Positions 27,439 through 38,096 of a stretch of 64,000 nucleotides of DNA are shown here, piece by piece. This DNA is from Gammaproteobacteria bacterium. GTDB lineage: Bacteria; Pseudomonadota; Gammaproteobacteria; Eutrophobiales; Eutrophobiaceae. Below the pieces are notes generated by a model that searched no databases, was not told the origin of the DNA, and worked only from the letters and a program-made list of their open reading frames with translations. The position numbers and the translations under genes were made by a program. Positions within the stretch are counted from its first letter, which is position 1. Each line of letters starts with the position of its first letter. The stretch lies in the NCBI GenBank assembly GCA_965221695.1, contig OZ244905.1:32001-96000 (forward strand). Direction: 5' to 3'.

Positions 27439-29580
27439 ATGAAATTCCATAATTCCTGTCTGACGGCTTTTGTGATCAGTTCCATAATCAACCTGCCTGT
27501 GTTTGCACAGGGCACCGGGTTACTTGAAGAAATCGTGGTAACCGCCACCAAGCGGGAAACCAACCTGCAGGATACCGCCATGTCAGTTTCCGCATTCACC
27601 GGAGAACAACTGGAGCAGGCCGGGGCCATGGACCTCAGGGAAATGCAGTTATTTACGCCGGGGCTGTGGGTAGGCGGGAATGCCGGTTTCGGTACTAATC
27701 CCGTGGTAATCCGCGGTATGGGTTCGCTGATTACCGGTATCGGCGCCGATGAGGCGGTTGGCGTGTATGTGGACGGTATCTACCAGGGGCGTACCGCCGG
27801 CACAGTGTTCGAATTTGTCGATATTGATCGGGTGGAAGTACTGCGCGGCCCCCAGGGCACGTTATATGGCCGTAATGCTACTGGCGGCGCCATTAATGTT
27901 ATCACCAAGACGCCCGGTGATGAATTTGAAGGCCGTTTGGAAGGCGAGGTTACGTCCTTCGACGGTTGGGGGGCACGCGGCTATTTTCTGGCGCCTGTCT
28001 CCGATAATGTTGGGATAAAACTTTCCGGCGGCAAATACGACCGTGACGGCTGGATGCATAATCCGACAACCGGCGTTGACGGCAATTCCGTGGACAAGGA
28101 GTATTTTTCAGCAGGCCTGCATTGGACGCCCTCAGACAGAACCACGGTGGATGTGCGCGGTTATTCGGGCGTATCCAAGCTTCCTACCTCCTATAAAGAC
28201 ATTAACGACGGCATTGATAGCATAACTGTTTATACGGCTGATCACACCAATGCATCCCGACGCGAGTTTACTTCCGTCAGCGGAACTATCACCCATGAAT
28301 TTGACTGGTTTACCGCAAAGGCGATAGTTGGTTATCTCGAAACGGAGGTGGCGGATTTGGTCGATTCCGACGGCCAGGCGACCAATAACGTGCAATACCG
28401 CGGATACAATGAATCCGACCAGGTCAGCGTGGAGTTGCAGTTCGCATCCACGGGGGACGGCCCGTTCACCTGGCTGGTGGGCGCATTTTACTTCGACGAG
28501 TTTGCTGATGACCACACACCGTTCAACTTCTTCCGGGACCCCATGTCCATTTTCGGCGTGCCTCCGGGGGGCGCTTTGGGGCCATTCGGATTGCTGTTTG
28601 CGGCCGAAGTGGAAACCGAGGCCTGGGCCGGCTTTGGCGAGGTGACTTTCCAGCCAATTGAAAGAATAAAATTAACAGCCGGCGTGCGTTACAGCTCCGA
28701 GTCCAAGGATTGGCTGGGTTGCATCGGCAACTTTACCGAGTATGAAGTCGATTACCAGCCCGGAATTTGCGATAACAGCTTCGTGCCGGATGATGATTCG
28801 TGGAATGCGTGGACGCCCCATTTCGTTATCGATTTTCAGTTGAGCGACGATATGCTGTTCTACGCCAGCGCCACCCGGGGATTCCGCAGCGGCGGCTGGA
28901 ACTGGACTGCGCCCACGTTTCCCAACACCGATAACGGCTTCAACCCGGAATATGTCTGGACTTTCGAGGGCGGCATGAAGGCCGATTTGCTCGATCGGCG
29001 CGCGCGTTTCAATATCGCCGGCTTTTATTCTGATTACACCAATGTGCAGGTGCGCACCACGGATGCCAACGCGCTGATTACCATCGTCAATGCGGCCACC
29101 GCCGATATTTATGGCGTGGAAATGGAATTGAGCGCAACGCCGGTCGATAATTTCAATATCGCCGGTACCGCAGCCTGGCTGGACGCCACCTATAATACGT
29201 TTGTCGGCGCAGGTGGCGTTGACTTATCCGGCAACAGGCTGAACCGCGCGCCGGAGTGGCAGTTATCACTGATGGCGCAATATACCTTCCCGATCGCGGA
29301 CTTCGGCACACTCACTCCCCGCATCGAGTGGCAGTATGTCGATGACATGTTCCACGATGAGAACAACACCCAGCCGCAGGGATCGGAGAGTTTTGATATC
29401 GTCAACGTAAAACTGCGTTTTGAGGCAAATAATGAACGCTGGGGCGCAGAGTTGTACGCAAAAAATGCGGACGATACCCAGTACCGGACACACTCATTCC
29501 AGGGGATTCTGCCTACTATTCTGCCCAGCCAGTACAGCGATCCGCGCATATTCGGGGGCAAGGTGTTTTTCAATTTTTAA
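27439..29580 (+). CDS. TonB-dependent receptor
   Basis: Signal peptide, TonB box 'LEEIVVTATKRE', 'VEVLRGPQGTLYGRNATGGAIN', 'GFRSGG', C-terminal 'GKVFFNF'. Confidence 0.95.
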   Translation: MKFHNSCLTAFVISSIINLPVFAQGTGLLEEIVVTATKRETNLQDTAMSVSAFTGEQLEQAGAMDLREMQLFTPGLWVGGNAGFGTNPVVIRGMGSLITGIGADEAVGVYVDGIYQGRTAGTVFEFVDIDRVEVLRGPQGTLYGRNATGGAINVITKTPGDEFEGRLEGEVTSFDGWGARGYFLAPVSDNVGIKLSGGKYDRDGWMHNPTTGVDGNSVDKEYFSAGLHWTPSDRTTVDVRGYSGVSKLPTSYKDINDGIDSITVYTADHTNASRREFTSVSGTITHEFDWFTAKAIVGYLETEVADLVDSDGQATNNVQYRGYNESDQVSVELQFASTGDGPFTWLVGAFYFDEFADDHTPFNFFRDPMSIFGVPPGGALGPFGLLFAAEVETEAWAGFGEVTFQPIERIKLTAGVRYSSESKDWLGCIGNFTEYEVDYQPGICDNSFVPDDDSWNAWTPHFVIDFQLSDDMLFYASATRGFRSGGWNWTAPTFPNTDNGFNPEYVWTFEGGMKADLLDRRARFNIAGFYSDYTNVQVRTTDANALITIVNAATADIYGVEMELSATPVDNFNIAGTAAWLDATYNTFVGAGGVDLSGNRLNRAPEWQLSLMAQYTFPIADFGTLTPRIEWQYVDDMFHDENNTQPQGSESFDIVNVKLRFEANNERWGAELYAKNADDTQYRTHSFQGILPTILPSQYSDPRIFGGKVFFNF

Positions 29581-29641
29581 TCGGGTCGGACGCACATCGG
29601 CGCTCACAAGTGTAATATCAACGCACGCGCGGAAACGGGTC

Positions 29642-31672
29642 ATGGCTACCAGAATCGGCGTTGACATAGGCGGCACGTTTACCGACCTGCTGTTCTATGA
29701 CGATCAGACTTCAGATACGCTGGTGGCCAAGGTGCCAACCACGCCTGCATCACCTGAGCAGGGTTGTGTCCGGGCGGTAACTGATTCCATTGGCGCTGAC
29801 CAGTTGCGGCAGACGCAGTACTTCCTGCACGGGACTACTGTCGGTCTCAACGCGTTACTGGAACGCAAGGGCGCCAGGGTCGGCATGCTGGCTACCCGAG
29901 GGTTTCGCGATATTCTGGAAATCCGCCGCGGCGACCGCGATGAGATGTATAACCTGTTCTGGCAGTTGCCGGAGCCATTGGTTCCCAGGCGCTTGCGCCT
30001 GCCTGTGACCGGGCGGATACGGTCTGACGGCACGGTTCACATACCCTTTGAAATACAGGATGTCCTGGATGCGTTGGTGACTTTCACCAATGAGGGGGTG
30101 GACAGTATCGCGGTGGCATTTATGAATGCCTACGCCAACCCGACCCATGAACTGGCTGCGGAAGCAGCGCTCAGGGAGGCCGGTTTTTCAGGAGAAATCT
30201 CCCTGTCCCATAAGATATCCCGCGAATACCGGGAGTATGAGCGCACTTCCACAACCGTCATTGATGCCTTCGTGCGCGGGCGCATGTCGAATTATCTGCG
30301 GCGGCTGGAATCCGACCTGGGCGGCGCCGGGTTCAACGGCGCTTGCCTGATCACCCGGTCAGGCAGTGGTTCCATGACCTTCTCGGAAGCTGAAGACCGG
30401 CCGTTCGAGACGATTATGTCGGGGCCGGTTGCAGGCGCTGAGGGTGGCGGCGAACTGTCCAGGCAACTGGAGCTGGGAGACCTGATCACGGCAGATGTCG
30501 GCGGCACCAGTTTTGATACCTGTATGATCACCCAGGGTCGGCCAACCTTGTTGTTCGAGGGCAAGATAGTCGGCATGCCCTTGCAGACTCCTTGGGTGGA
30601 TGTGCGATCCATCGGAGCGGGAGGCGGGTCCATTGCCCATGTCGACGTGGGTGGCTTGCTTCGAGTCGGCCCAGAGAGCGGTGGCGCCGACCCGGGTCCC
30701 GCCTGCTACGGCAAAGGCGGTGAAAATGCCTGTATGACCGATGCAGCTTATTATCTTGGCATGCTGGGAGAAGGGAAACTGGCATCGGGACTGCAACTTG
30801 ACCTGTCACTGGCGGAGCAGGCATTGCAACCACTGGCGGATAAATTGGGTTACGATCTGGATGCAACCGCCATTGGAATTATGGATATCGCCTCGGCATC
30901 CATGGCCGATGCGATCCGTGAAATCACTGTGGAACAGGGTATTGATCCGAGAAAGCTCAAGCTGCTGGCTTTCGGGGGCGCCGGCCCTTTGATGAGTACC
31001 CTGCTGGCGCGCGACCTGGATATTACCGAGATAATCATCCCTCTCCATGCCGGCAATTTCTCTGCCTGGGGGCTGCTGGGGGCCGATCTGACACGGGCGA
31101 CTGCGCGCACACGCATCATGCGGCTTGATGAGGACAGCCTGGCAATTGCCAATGATATGCTGGAAGAGATGTATTCGGACCTGGCCGCCCGTGCAGGTGG
31201 CGCTAGCGCCGGAGTTGCATGGGCGCGGGAGATTGGCCTGGACATGCGTTACAAGGGACAGGAACATACGCTGAATATCAATGTGCCCGGCGAAGACGGC
31301 CGGGTGACAATCACAACAGAACAGGTTCGCGATATCTTTACCCGTAATTACGATAGGACCTTCGGTAATACCATGGATGAGCCGGTGGAGATAGTATCGA
31401 TCCGCGCCACGGTGAGACATGCCTTGCCAAGGAGGTCGGAAAGACTCTCGGCGCCGAACGGCGCGGACGGCATATATCAGGAGCGGAACGCATATTCTTT
31501 TACCGAAAAGAAACAAATGGACTTCCGGATTCTTGAGCGCTCATCCATACAGGTCGGCGATACCCTGGCTGGACCTGCTATAATTAATGAACCGACGGCG
31601 ACGACTTACCTTGATGCGAACTGGGACTGTAATGTCCATGCTTCAGGGTGTCTGTTCATCTCGCGCCGTTAA
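29642..31672 (+). CDS. Hydantoinase/oxoprolinase A subunit, pair 3
   Basis: 'MATRIGVDIGGTFTD'; long identical blocks shared with the pair 2 A subunit (e.g. CLITRSGSGSMTF, GMPLQTPWVDVRSIGAGGGSIA). Confidence 0.92.
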   Translation: MATRIGVDIGGTFTDLLFYDDQTSDTLVAKVPTTPASPEQGCVRAVTDSIGADQLRQTQYFLHGTTVGLNALLERKGARVGMLATRGFRDILEIRRGDRDEMYNLFWQLPEPLVPRRLRLPVTGRIRSDGTVHIPFEIQDVLDALVTFTNEGVDSIAVAFMNAYANPTHELAAEAALREAGFSGEISLSHKISREYREYERTSTTVIDAFVRGRMSNYLRRLESDLGGAGFNGACLITRSGSGSMTFSEAEDRPFETIMSGPVAGAEGGGELSRQLELGDLITADVGGTSFDTCMITQGRPTLLFEGKIVGMPLQTPWVDVRSIGAGGGSIAHVDVGGLLRVGPESGGADPGPACYGKGGENACMTDAAYYLGMLGEGKLASGLQLDLSLAEQALQPLADKLGYDLDATAIGIMDIASASMADAIREITVEQGIDPRKLKLLAFGGAGPLMSTLLARDLDITEIIIPLHAGNFSAWGLLGADLTRATARTRIMRLDEDSLAIANDMLEEMYSDLAARAGGASAGVAWAREIGLDMRYKGQEHTLNINVPGEDGRVTITTEQVRDIFTRNYDRTFGNTMDEPVEIVSIRATVRHALPRRSERLSAPNGADGIYQERNAYSFTEKKQMDFRILERSSIQVGDTLAGPAIINEPTATTYLDANWDCNVHASGCLFISRR

Positions 31673-31684
31673 CCGGAGACAATT

Positions 31685-33427
31685 ATGGATACACTTGCTG
31701 ATAGCGAAATCAGGATTTATCGGGCCTTGCCCGGTAACGATACCGGCATCGATGCCGATCCGATACAGACCGAAATCATCCGGCATTCACTCAATTCAGC
31801 CGCCAACCAGATGAAACGAACCCTTATTCGAACTTCGTTCTCACCGGTTATCTACGAGGTGTTGGATTTTGCCGCCGCCCTGTACGATTCACAGGTACGG
31901 TTGCTCGCCCAGGCGCCGTCCATCCCGCTGTTCATGGGGACACTGAATTTTTGCGTCGAAGCGGCGGTTGCGGGAGCCGGCGGTGTCGAGAACCTCGAAC
32001 CCGGCGATGTGATTCTGTATAACTGGCCGTTTGGCACGGGTTCACATGCGCAGGATACGGCCATGGTCCAACCGGTATTTACCGAAGAGGGGGTTCTGGT
32101 CGGTTATTCGGCTATCAAGGCCCATTGGCTGGATATCGGCGCGGTAGCGCCGTACTGCACCGACACAACAGACGTTTTCCAGGAGGGAACATTTTTCCCG
32201 GGGGTAAAACTCTACCGGGGAGGAGAACTGGTTGATGATATTTACCGTTTAGCGCTTGCTAATTCGCGCATGCCCGCATTCGTTGCCGGGGATATTCAAG
32301 CGCAAGCTAGCGCTGTGGGTGTCGGCGCGCGCAACCTGGTTCGTATCGTTGAACGTTATGGACTGGAGGTATTCCGCAACGCGGTCGAACGTATTTTCGA
32401 CCACGGCGAGGCAACGGTTCGCAGCTATTTTGAAAATATCCCCGACGGGCGTTACGTGGGGCGCGGCATGATGGACAACAACGGCGTTGACGACAAGCCA
32501 ATTCCTTTCAGTGTCATTATCGAAGTAAACGGTTCGTCGGTGCGGGTGGATTTCACCAATTCTCCGGAAGTGCAGCCCGGGCCGGTAAACTGCCCGGTTG
32601 CGTCAACCGTTTCAGCCAGCCGCGTCGCCATTACCATGCTGGCCGGAGGCAACCAGGCGCCTTGTGACGGGCATTTCCGGCCGCTGGAGATTGTCACGCG
32701 CCGTAATTCCATGTTCGATCCCAACCCGCCGGCCCCTTGTTTCCTGTATGGCTGGCCGGCCATGCAATCCATGGAAGTCATCTACCATGCGATGTCCAAA
32801 GTCAATCCGGAGACCGTGCCGGCTTGTTCAGGCGGCGACCTGTGCGCGCTGGTATGGTGGGGGACAAAACAGGATACGGGTGAGATGTGGGGAGATGGCT
32901 CGCCGTTTCCGGTCGGCCACGGCGGCAGTGTGAAAGGAGATGGCAGTACGATGATGCACGCGGCCGAAGCGGCAACCCGGTTTGCTTCCATGGAAGTAAT
33001 GGAGTCAAAATTTCCCTGGGTGGTTGAACAGTGCGAGTTCGCGCCGGACAGTTGTGGCGCGGGACAATATCGGGGTGGCATGGGTTATGACCTGGGATTT
33101 GAGTTGCTTGAAGACGCGTATTGCACCCCGACCCTGGAACGAACCCGAACCAGACCCTGGGGACTGGCCGGCGGTGGCGAGGCACGCGCCAACAGCGGAA
33201 CCCTGCGTTTCCCGGATGGCAGGATGGAGTCCTTTACCAAGGCCACAGGGATGCCGGTACCCAAGGGCGCGGTGTTGACGGTCCATACCGGCGGCGGAGG
33301 CGGCTACGGGCCGCCCCGAAAACGGCCACCGGAGCAGGTCTTGAACGATCTGCAGGAAGGTTATATCACTGAAGCCTTCGCACAGGAGCGCTATCCCCAC
33401 TCGTTGGTTGACCAACAAGCGGGATAA
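31685..33427 (+). CDS. Hydantoinase B/oxoprolinase subunit, pair 3
   Basis: 'FSPVIYEVLDF', 'FGTGSHAQD', 'KAHWLDIG', 'FQEG', 'DSCGAGQYRGG', 'GGGGGYGPP'. Confidence 0.92.
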   Translation: MDTLADSEIRIYRALPGNDTGIDADPIQTEIIRHSLNSAANQMKRTLIRTSFSPVIYEVLDFAAALYDSQVRLLAQAPSIPLFMGTLNFCVEAAVAGAGGVENLEPGDVILYNWPFGTGSHAQDTAMVQPVFTEEGVLVGYSAIKAHWLDIGAVAPYCTDTTDVFQEGTFFPGVKLYRGGELVDDIYRLALANSRMPAFVAGDIQAQASAVGVGARNLVRIVERYGLEVFRNAVERIFDHGEATVRSYFENIPDGRYVGRGMMDNNGVDDKPIPFSVIIEVNGSSVRVDFTNSPEVQPGPVNCPVASTVSASRVAITMLAGGNQAPCDGHFRPLEIVTRRNSMFDPNPPAPCFLYGWPAMQSMEVIYHAMSKVNPETVPACSGGDLCALVWWGTKQDTGEMWGDGSPFPVGHGGSVKGDGSTMMHAAEAATRFASMEVMESKFPWVVEQCEFAPDSCGAGQYRGGMGYDLGFELLEDAYCTPTLERTRTRPWGLAGGGEARANSGTLRFPDGRMESFTKATGMPVPKGAVLTVHTGGGGGYGPPRKRPPEQVLNDLQEGYITEAFAQERYPHSLVDQQAG

Positions 33428-33574
33428 CGCGCTGCGTCATCTCACCCTGCGTCCTGGGCCTGCCAGGAACTGGTAAAAGGTTCCGCTCCATCATTATTAT
33501 GCTCTGGCCGGTATTGGCGCGCAGGAATCTGGCGCCTTTAGCGGCGGGGCAACAGTTTGCTATCATTCCGGTCC

Positions 33575-34261
33575 ATGGCTGCGCACGTAATCGAATTCCA
33601 CCACCTGTCCAAATCCTATTGGGAGGCCGATCGCGAGCATGTCGTCTTAAATGATGTAAACGGTGTGGTACGCGCAGGAGAATTTATCGTGTTGCTCGGC
33701 AAGAGCGGGTGCGGGAAATCCACGCTGTTAAATCTTATCAGTGGTATCGATGCGCCAAGTCGGGGCGATATACTGGTCAACGGACAATCGCTGACCGCGA
33801 TGAGCGAGGACGAGCGCACGTTGTTCCGCCGCCGTCATATCGGTTTCGTGTACCAGAGCTTCAACCTGATCCCCACATTGACGGTAAGGGACAACCTGTT
33901 GTTGCCGCTGGCATTGACGCGCCAGCTTGACCGCGATAGCAGGACAAAACCGGCAGATATGCTGGCGCAACTAGGCATGGCGCAACGGTTGGACTTTTAC
34001 CCCGACAAGCTGTCCACCGGCGAACAGCAACGCATTGCCATCGGCAGGGCGCTGATCCATAACCCATCCATCATCCTTGCCGATGAACCCACCGGAAACC
34101 TCGATCATGACACCGGACAAGAAGTGTTGAACCTGCTCGACCGGCTGGTGCGCGACGCCGGCAGAACCCTGATCATGGTTACCCACAGTCGGGAGGTTAT
34201 CGGGCTGGCCGACCGGCTGATGACAATACGGGATTGCCGCTTGGAAGAAAGCGCTTGCTAA
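33575..34261 (+). CDS. ABC transporter ATP-binding protein (LolD/MacB/AttE-like)
   Basis: Walker A 'GKSGCGKST', '[12 protein letters not shown]', signature 'LSTGEQQR', '[10 protein letters not shown]', 'MVTH'. Confidence 0.92.
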   Translation: MAAHVIEFHHLSKSYWEADREHVVLNDVNGVVRAGEFIVLLGKSGCGKSTLLNLISGIDAPSRGDILVNGQSLTAMSEDERTLFRRRHIGFVYQSFNLIPTLTVRDNLLLPLALTRQLDRDSRTKPADMLAQLGMAQRLDFYPDKLSTGEQQRIAIGRALIHNPSIILADEPTGNLDHDTGQEVLNLLDRLVRDAGRTLIMVTHSREVIGLADRLMTIRDCRLEESAC

Positions 34262-36822
34262 GCTTTAACAAGGTCCTGTTCCGTTCGAGCGCGCGCTTTT
34301 TCCTGCGCCATCCGGCACAACTGGGCCTGGCCGTAACCGGCATTGCCCTGGCTGTTGCCGTGGTGGTATCCGTTGACCTGGTCAACAACAGCGCAAGGCA
34401 TTCCTTTGAACGGTCCACTGCAACCATCACCGGCGGGGCTACCCATCGCATCATTGCCGGACCTGCCGGGCTTGATGAAACGCTGTATACGCAATTGCGT
34501 GTCGACCATGGCCTGCGCGCCACCGCGCCCGTGATCGAGGCCAGGGTGGCCTTGGAGAAGAACACAAAGCGGGAGACGCTGGTCTTGCTTGGTCTTGACC
34601 CGTTCGCGGAACGAACTTTTCGCACCTATGCCGGGTTCAACAACCTGCGAAATGAAGCAGGAGAGGGGACGCTGATCCCCTTGTTGACGGAGACAAATAC
34701 CGTGCTCGTCGATGCCACAACGGCAGCCCGGCTGGGACTGCGGGCAAACGATGAAGCTGACCTGGTGACCGGCGGCCGGAGAATGCCCGTGCGTGTGGCA
34801 GGCATCATTGACGGGACCGCAGCGGGAACAGCCCACACGCCTGATAACCTCCTCGTGGCGGATATAGCCACTGCCCAGGAACTGCTTGGTATGCAGGGTC
34901 GGATCAGCCGCATCGATGTGTTGCTAGAAGACGGGGACGGCACGACCGGGAACATGCTGCAATCATTGTTGCCGCCGGGCGCGGCGTTGCTTCCCGCAAC
35001 GAGTAGAACCCGTTCTCTCGAACAGATGACCGGCGCATTTCATACCAATCTTACCGCACTGAGCCTGCTGGCCTTGCTGGTAGGTATGTTTCTCATCTAT
35101 AACACGATGACCTTCATCGTGGTGCTGCGGCGGCCCCTGTTAGGCCGGTTGCGGGCGTTGGGCGTAACGCGCCGGCAACTGGGCGGGATCATCGCGCTGG
35201 AGGCATTACTGATGGGGATCGCAGCCACTGTAGCCGGCCTGGTATTGGGCATTGTGCTGGCGCATGGCCTGTTACAGGTCGTTAACCGCACCATCAACGA
35301 GGTGTATGACCTGCTCACGGACTCGAATCTAACCCTGTCAAATTTGTCGTTGCTAAAGGGCGCGGTACTGGGCATCGCGGGCACGCTGCTGGCAGCCATC
35401 CCTGCGGCATTGGAGGCTATGCGGGTCGCGCCTAGGCAGGCGCTGTTGCGCTCGCACCTGGAAACAGCTTCACGGCGCCTGGCGCTGCCGGCTGCGTTCG
35501 CTAGCACTGTAGCGCTCTGTGTGGGTATTGCTGTCATCCGGCTCTCCGGTCACGGTATCGGACTGGGGTTCGCCGGCATCTTTATTATTATTCTGGGCAC
35601 GACCCTGCTGATACCTTTAGTGACCGTTATGCTGATGGCATGCTTAAAACCCTTGCTGGGCACATGTTTCGGTATTTCGGGGCGTTATGCCTGCGAATCG
35701 GTCACGGCTTCCCTGAGCCGTACCGCGGCCGCAATCGCGGCGCTGATGATCGCCATCGCCACAGTTATCGGTATTGGTCTGATGGTCAATAATTTCCGTG
35801 TATCTGTGCAGAGTTGGCTGCAACAGGCGCTGCGCGCAGAGATGTATGTATCCCTGCCGTCGGCGGGCACGACGGCTTCAGACTTCGCCCTGAACGCCGA
35901 GTTTGCAGAGGCCATGCTGGCGTTGCCGCAGGTGCAAGCCGTCAGCAGCGTGCGGCGCATTAACATCGAAACTTCCCGTGGGACAACAGAACTCGCCGCC
36001 TATGGGTTGAACGAGACTGCACGGGAAGGATTCCGCTTCAAACAGCGTGAAGCCGATGATATCTGGCCGGACTTTCACGAGCAGGATACGGTCATCGTGT
36101 CCGAACCCTATGCCTGGCGTCACGGGCTGGAACCGGATGACATGCTGGAACTCCGTACCGATAGCGGCTACCGGTCATTCCGCGTGCTGGGTGTGTACAA
36201 GGATTACAGCTCCGACCAGGGTGTCGTCAGTATGAGCCGGAGCGCCTATGAGCGGCATTGGCGCGATGACCGCTATTCGGGTTTTGGTTTGTACACACTA
36301 CCCGGCACGGACCTGGAGGTATTGCGCAGGCAGGTACAACAACTGGCGCCGGAACGTGACCTATGGTTGCAGGACAGGGACAAAATAATGCGCGCATCGC
36401 TGGAGGTGTTTGACAATACCTTCGCCGTCACTGACATTCTGCGAGTACTGGCGGCCATCATCGCCTTTATTGGCGTGTTCAGCGCACTGATGGCATTGCA
36501 AATGGAGCGCAGCCGGGAACATGCGCTGCTGCGGGCAATGGGTTTTCTGCCCGCACAGGCTCTACGTTTGATTATTTCAGAAACCGGCCTGCTGGGCCTG
36601 GTTGCCGGCCTGCTGGCAATCCCGGTGGGCTGTCTCATTACGGCGTTGCTGATCCTGGTAATCAACCGGCGTTCCTTCGGCTGGAGCATGGAACTCCAAT
36701 TCAGCGCGGAGATCATGTTGCAGGGGCTGGCCCTTGGGCTGGCGGCGGCCCTGCTTGCCGGAATTTATCCCGCCTGGAAGATCTCCCGTGCGCAACCTGC
36801 CGAGGCCCTGAGAAGGGAATAA
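34255..36822 (+). CDS. FtsX/MacB-type ABC permease with two repeats (AttF/G-like)
   Basis: 'RHPAQLGLAVTGIALAVAVVVSVDL', 'LLVGMFLIYNT', 'LRALG', 'INRRSFGWS', 'GIYPAW'; start uncertain (TTG 34255). Confidence 0.88.
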   Translation: MLSFNKVLFRSSARFFLRHPAQLGLAVTGIALAVAVVVSVDLVNNSARHSFERSTATITGGATHRIIAGPAGLDETLYTQLRVDHGLRATAPVIEARVALEKNTKRETLVLLGLDPFAERTFRTYAGFNNLRNEAGEGTLIPLLTETNTVLVDATTAARLGLRANDEADLVTGGRRMPVRVAGIIDGTAAGTAHTPDNLLVADIATAQELLGMQGRISRIDVLLEDGDGTTGNMLQSLLPPGAALLPATSRTRSLEQMTGAFHTNLTALSLLALLVGMFLIYNTMTFIVVLRRPLLGRLRALGVTRRQLGGIIALEALLMGIAATVAGLVLGIVLAHGLLQVVNRTINEVYDLLTDSNLTLSNLSLLKGAVLGIAGTLLAAIPAALEAMRVAPRQALLRSHLETASRRLALPAAFASTVALCVGIAVIRLSGHGIGLGFAGIFIIILGTTLLIPLVTVMLMACLKPLLGTCFGISGRYACESVTASLSRTAAAIAALMIAIATVIGIGLMVNNFRVSVQSWLQQALRAEMYVSLPSAGTTASDFALNAEFAEAMLALPQVQAVSSVRRINIETSRGTTELAAYGLNETAREGFRFKQREADDIWPDFHEQDTVIVSEPYAWRHGLEPDDMLELRTDSGYRSFRVLGVYKDYSSDQGVVSMSRSAYERHWRDDRYSGFGLYTLPGTDLEVLRRQVQQLAPERDLWLQDRDKIMRASLEVFDNTFAVTDILRVLAAIIAFIGVFSALMALQMERSREHALLRAMGFLPAQALRLIISETGLLGLVAGLLAIPVGCLITALLILVINRRSFGWSMELQFSAEIMLQGLALGLAAALLAGIYPAWKISRAQPAEALRRE

Positions 36823-36902
36823 CGCATGACTTGGCGGTTTCTACCAACCCAAAAACAGCGCCAATGGATGCGATGATTTCACGGCACGAAACGTATCACT
36901 CC

Positions 36903-38066
36903 ATGGAGAAGTTCATTTCGGTCATCCTGGCAGCGCTCATACTTCCCGGCTGCATTGATAGGGACCCCGAAAAAAACCCTGTAACAAACGAGGAACCGAT
37001 ACCTGTCGTCGACATATTGCGCGGCGACCCGGCGCGATCGTTTGCCCAGGTGGACCGGCCCAAGGAGTTCCGATTTCCCGCCGACCATGGCCCGCATAAC
37101 GAATATCGCACCGAGTGGTGGTATTTCACCGGCAATGTCAACACCGGCGAGGCGCGCCGTTTCGGATACCAACTCACCTTTTTTCGCTTTCGGCCAAGGG
37201 CCGAACAACAGAACGGTTCTTCCCGCTGGCGGACCCGGCATCTCTATATGGCCCACTTTGCGCTGACCGATATCGGCAATGACAAGTTCCATACCTTCGA
37301 GCGTTTCAGTCGCGGCGCCGCCGGTCTTGCCGGCGCAAGTACGGGCAAGCTGCATGTCTGGCTTGAGGACTGGTCTGCGGCGGTGACTTCAGCGCAGACG
37401 TTTCCGCTGCGTCTGCGCGCCCGGGAGGGAAGGATTGCGCTGGACCTTACGCTGGAACAAGGCAAGGCCGTCGTTCTCCATGGTGAGGACGGCATCAGCG
37501 TGAAGAACGATGAGCCGGGCAATGCTTCGTATTACTACTCCTATACGCGTATGCCTACCTCGGGACATATCAGCATTGGCGATGAGACGTATACGGTAAG
37601 CGGCAATAGCTGGATGGACCGGGAGTGGAGCAGCAGCGCCCTGGGCGAGGAACAACAGGGTTGGGACTGGTTTGCGCTGCAATTGTCCAATGGTTACGAA
37701 GTCATGTACTACCGTTTCCGCCGCGCGGACGGCGCCGTCGACCGCTTCAGCTACGGCGCTATCGTGCTGCCAAATGGGCAAGTGAACAAGCTGGGATTCG
37801 ACCAGGTGGAGCTTGATATACTGGATACCTGGCAGAGCGCCGGGAGTGGGGTGATATATCCCTCCGCATGGCGCCTACGGGCGCCGGAACTTGCAATCGA
37901 TCTGACGATCCGGCCGGCGGTAGCCGCCCAGGAACTGGATCTCTCGTTCCGGTACTGGGAGGGCGCGGTGGAATTTGACGGCGCTGTTGACGGCAGCGAC
38001 GTTTACGGCCGTGGTTACGTCGAACTCACCGGCTACGGAGCAAACACCGCGCCGCGGGCCCGATAA
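36903..38066 (+). CDS. AttH/CrtC-like lipocalin-fold lipoprotein
   Basis: Lipobox LPGC; 'FPADHGPH..YRTEWWYFTGN', 'GYQLTFFR', 'SYYYS', 'WMDREWSS', 'GWDWF', 'YWEGAV', 'GYVELTGY'. Confidence 0.88.
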   Translation: MEKFISVILAALILPGCIDRDPEKNPVTNEEPIPVVDILRGDPARSFAQVDRPKEFRFPADHGPHNEYRTEWWYFTGNVNTGEARRFGYQLTFFRFRPRAEQQNGSSRWRTRHLYMAHFALTDIGNDKFHTFERFSRGAAGLAGASTGKLHVWLEDWSAAVTSAQTFPLRLRAREGRIALDLTLEQGKAVVLHGEDGISVKNDEPGNASYYYSYTRMPTSGHISIGDETYTVSGNSWMDREWSSSALGEEQQGWDWFALQLSNGYEVMYYRFRRADGAVDRFSYGAIVLPNGQVNKLGFDQVELDILDTWQSAGSGVIYPSAWRLRAPELAIDLTIRPAVAAQELDLSFRYWEGAVEFDGAVDGSDVYGRGYVELTGYGANTAPRAR

Positions 38067-38096
38067 GCGGCCGCCGGGTTGATTGAGGTCTGTAAA

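Noticed and set aside
29420-29641. N-terminal extensions given by the ORF track (29420, 23549, 50108, 3407, 856)
   Set aside because: They overlap neighbouring genes or a MITE. Family alignment and RBS support the downstream starts used above.
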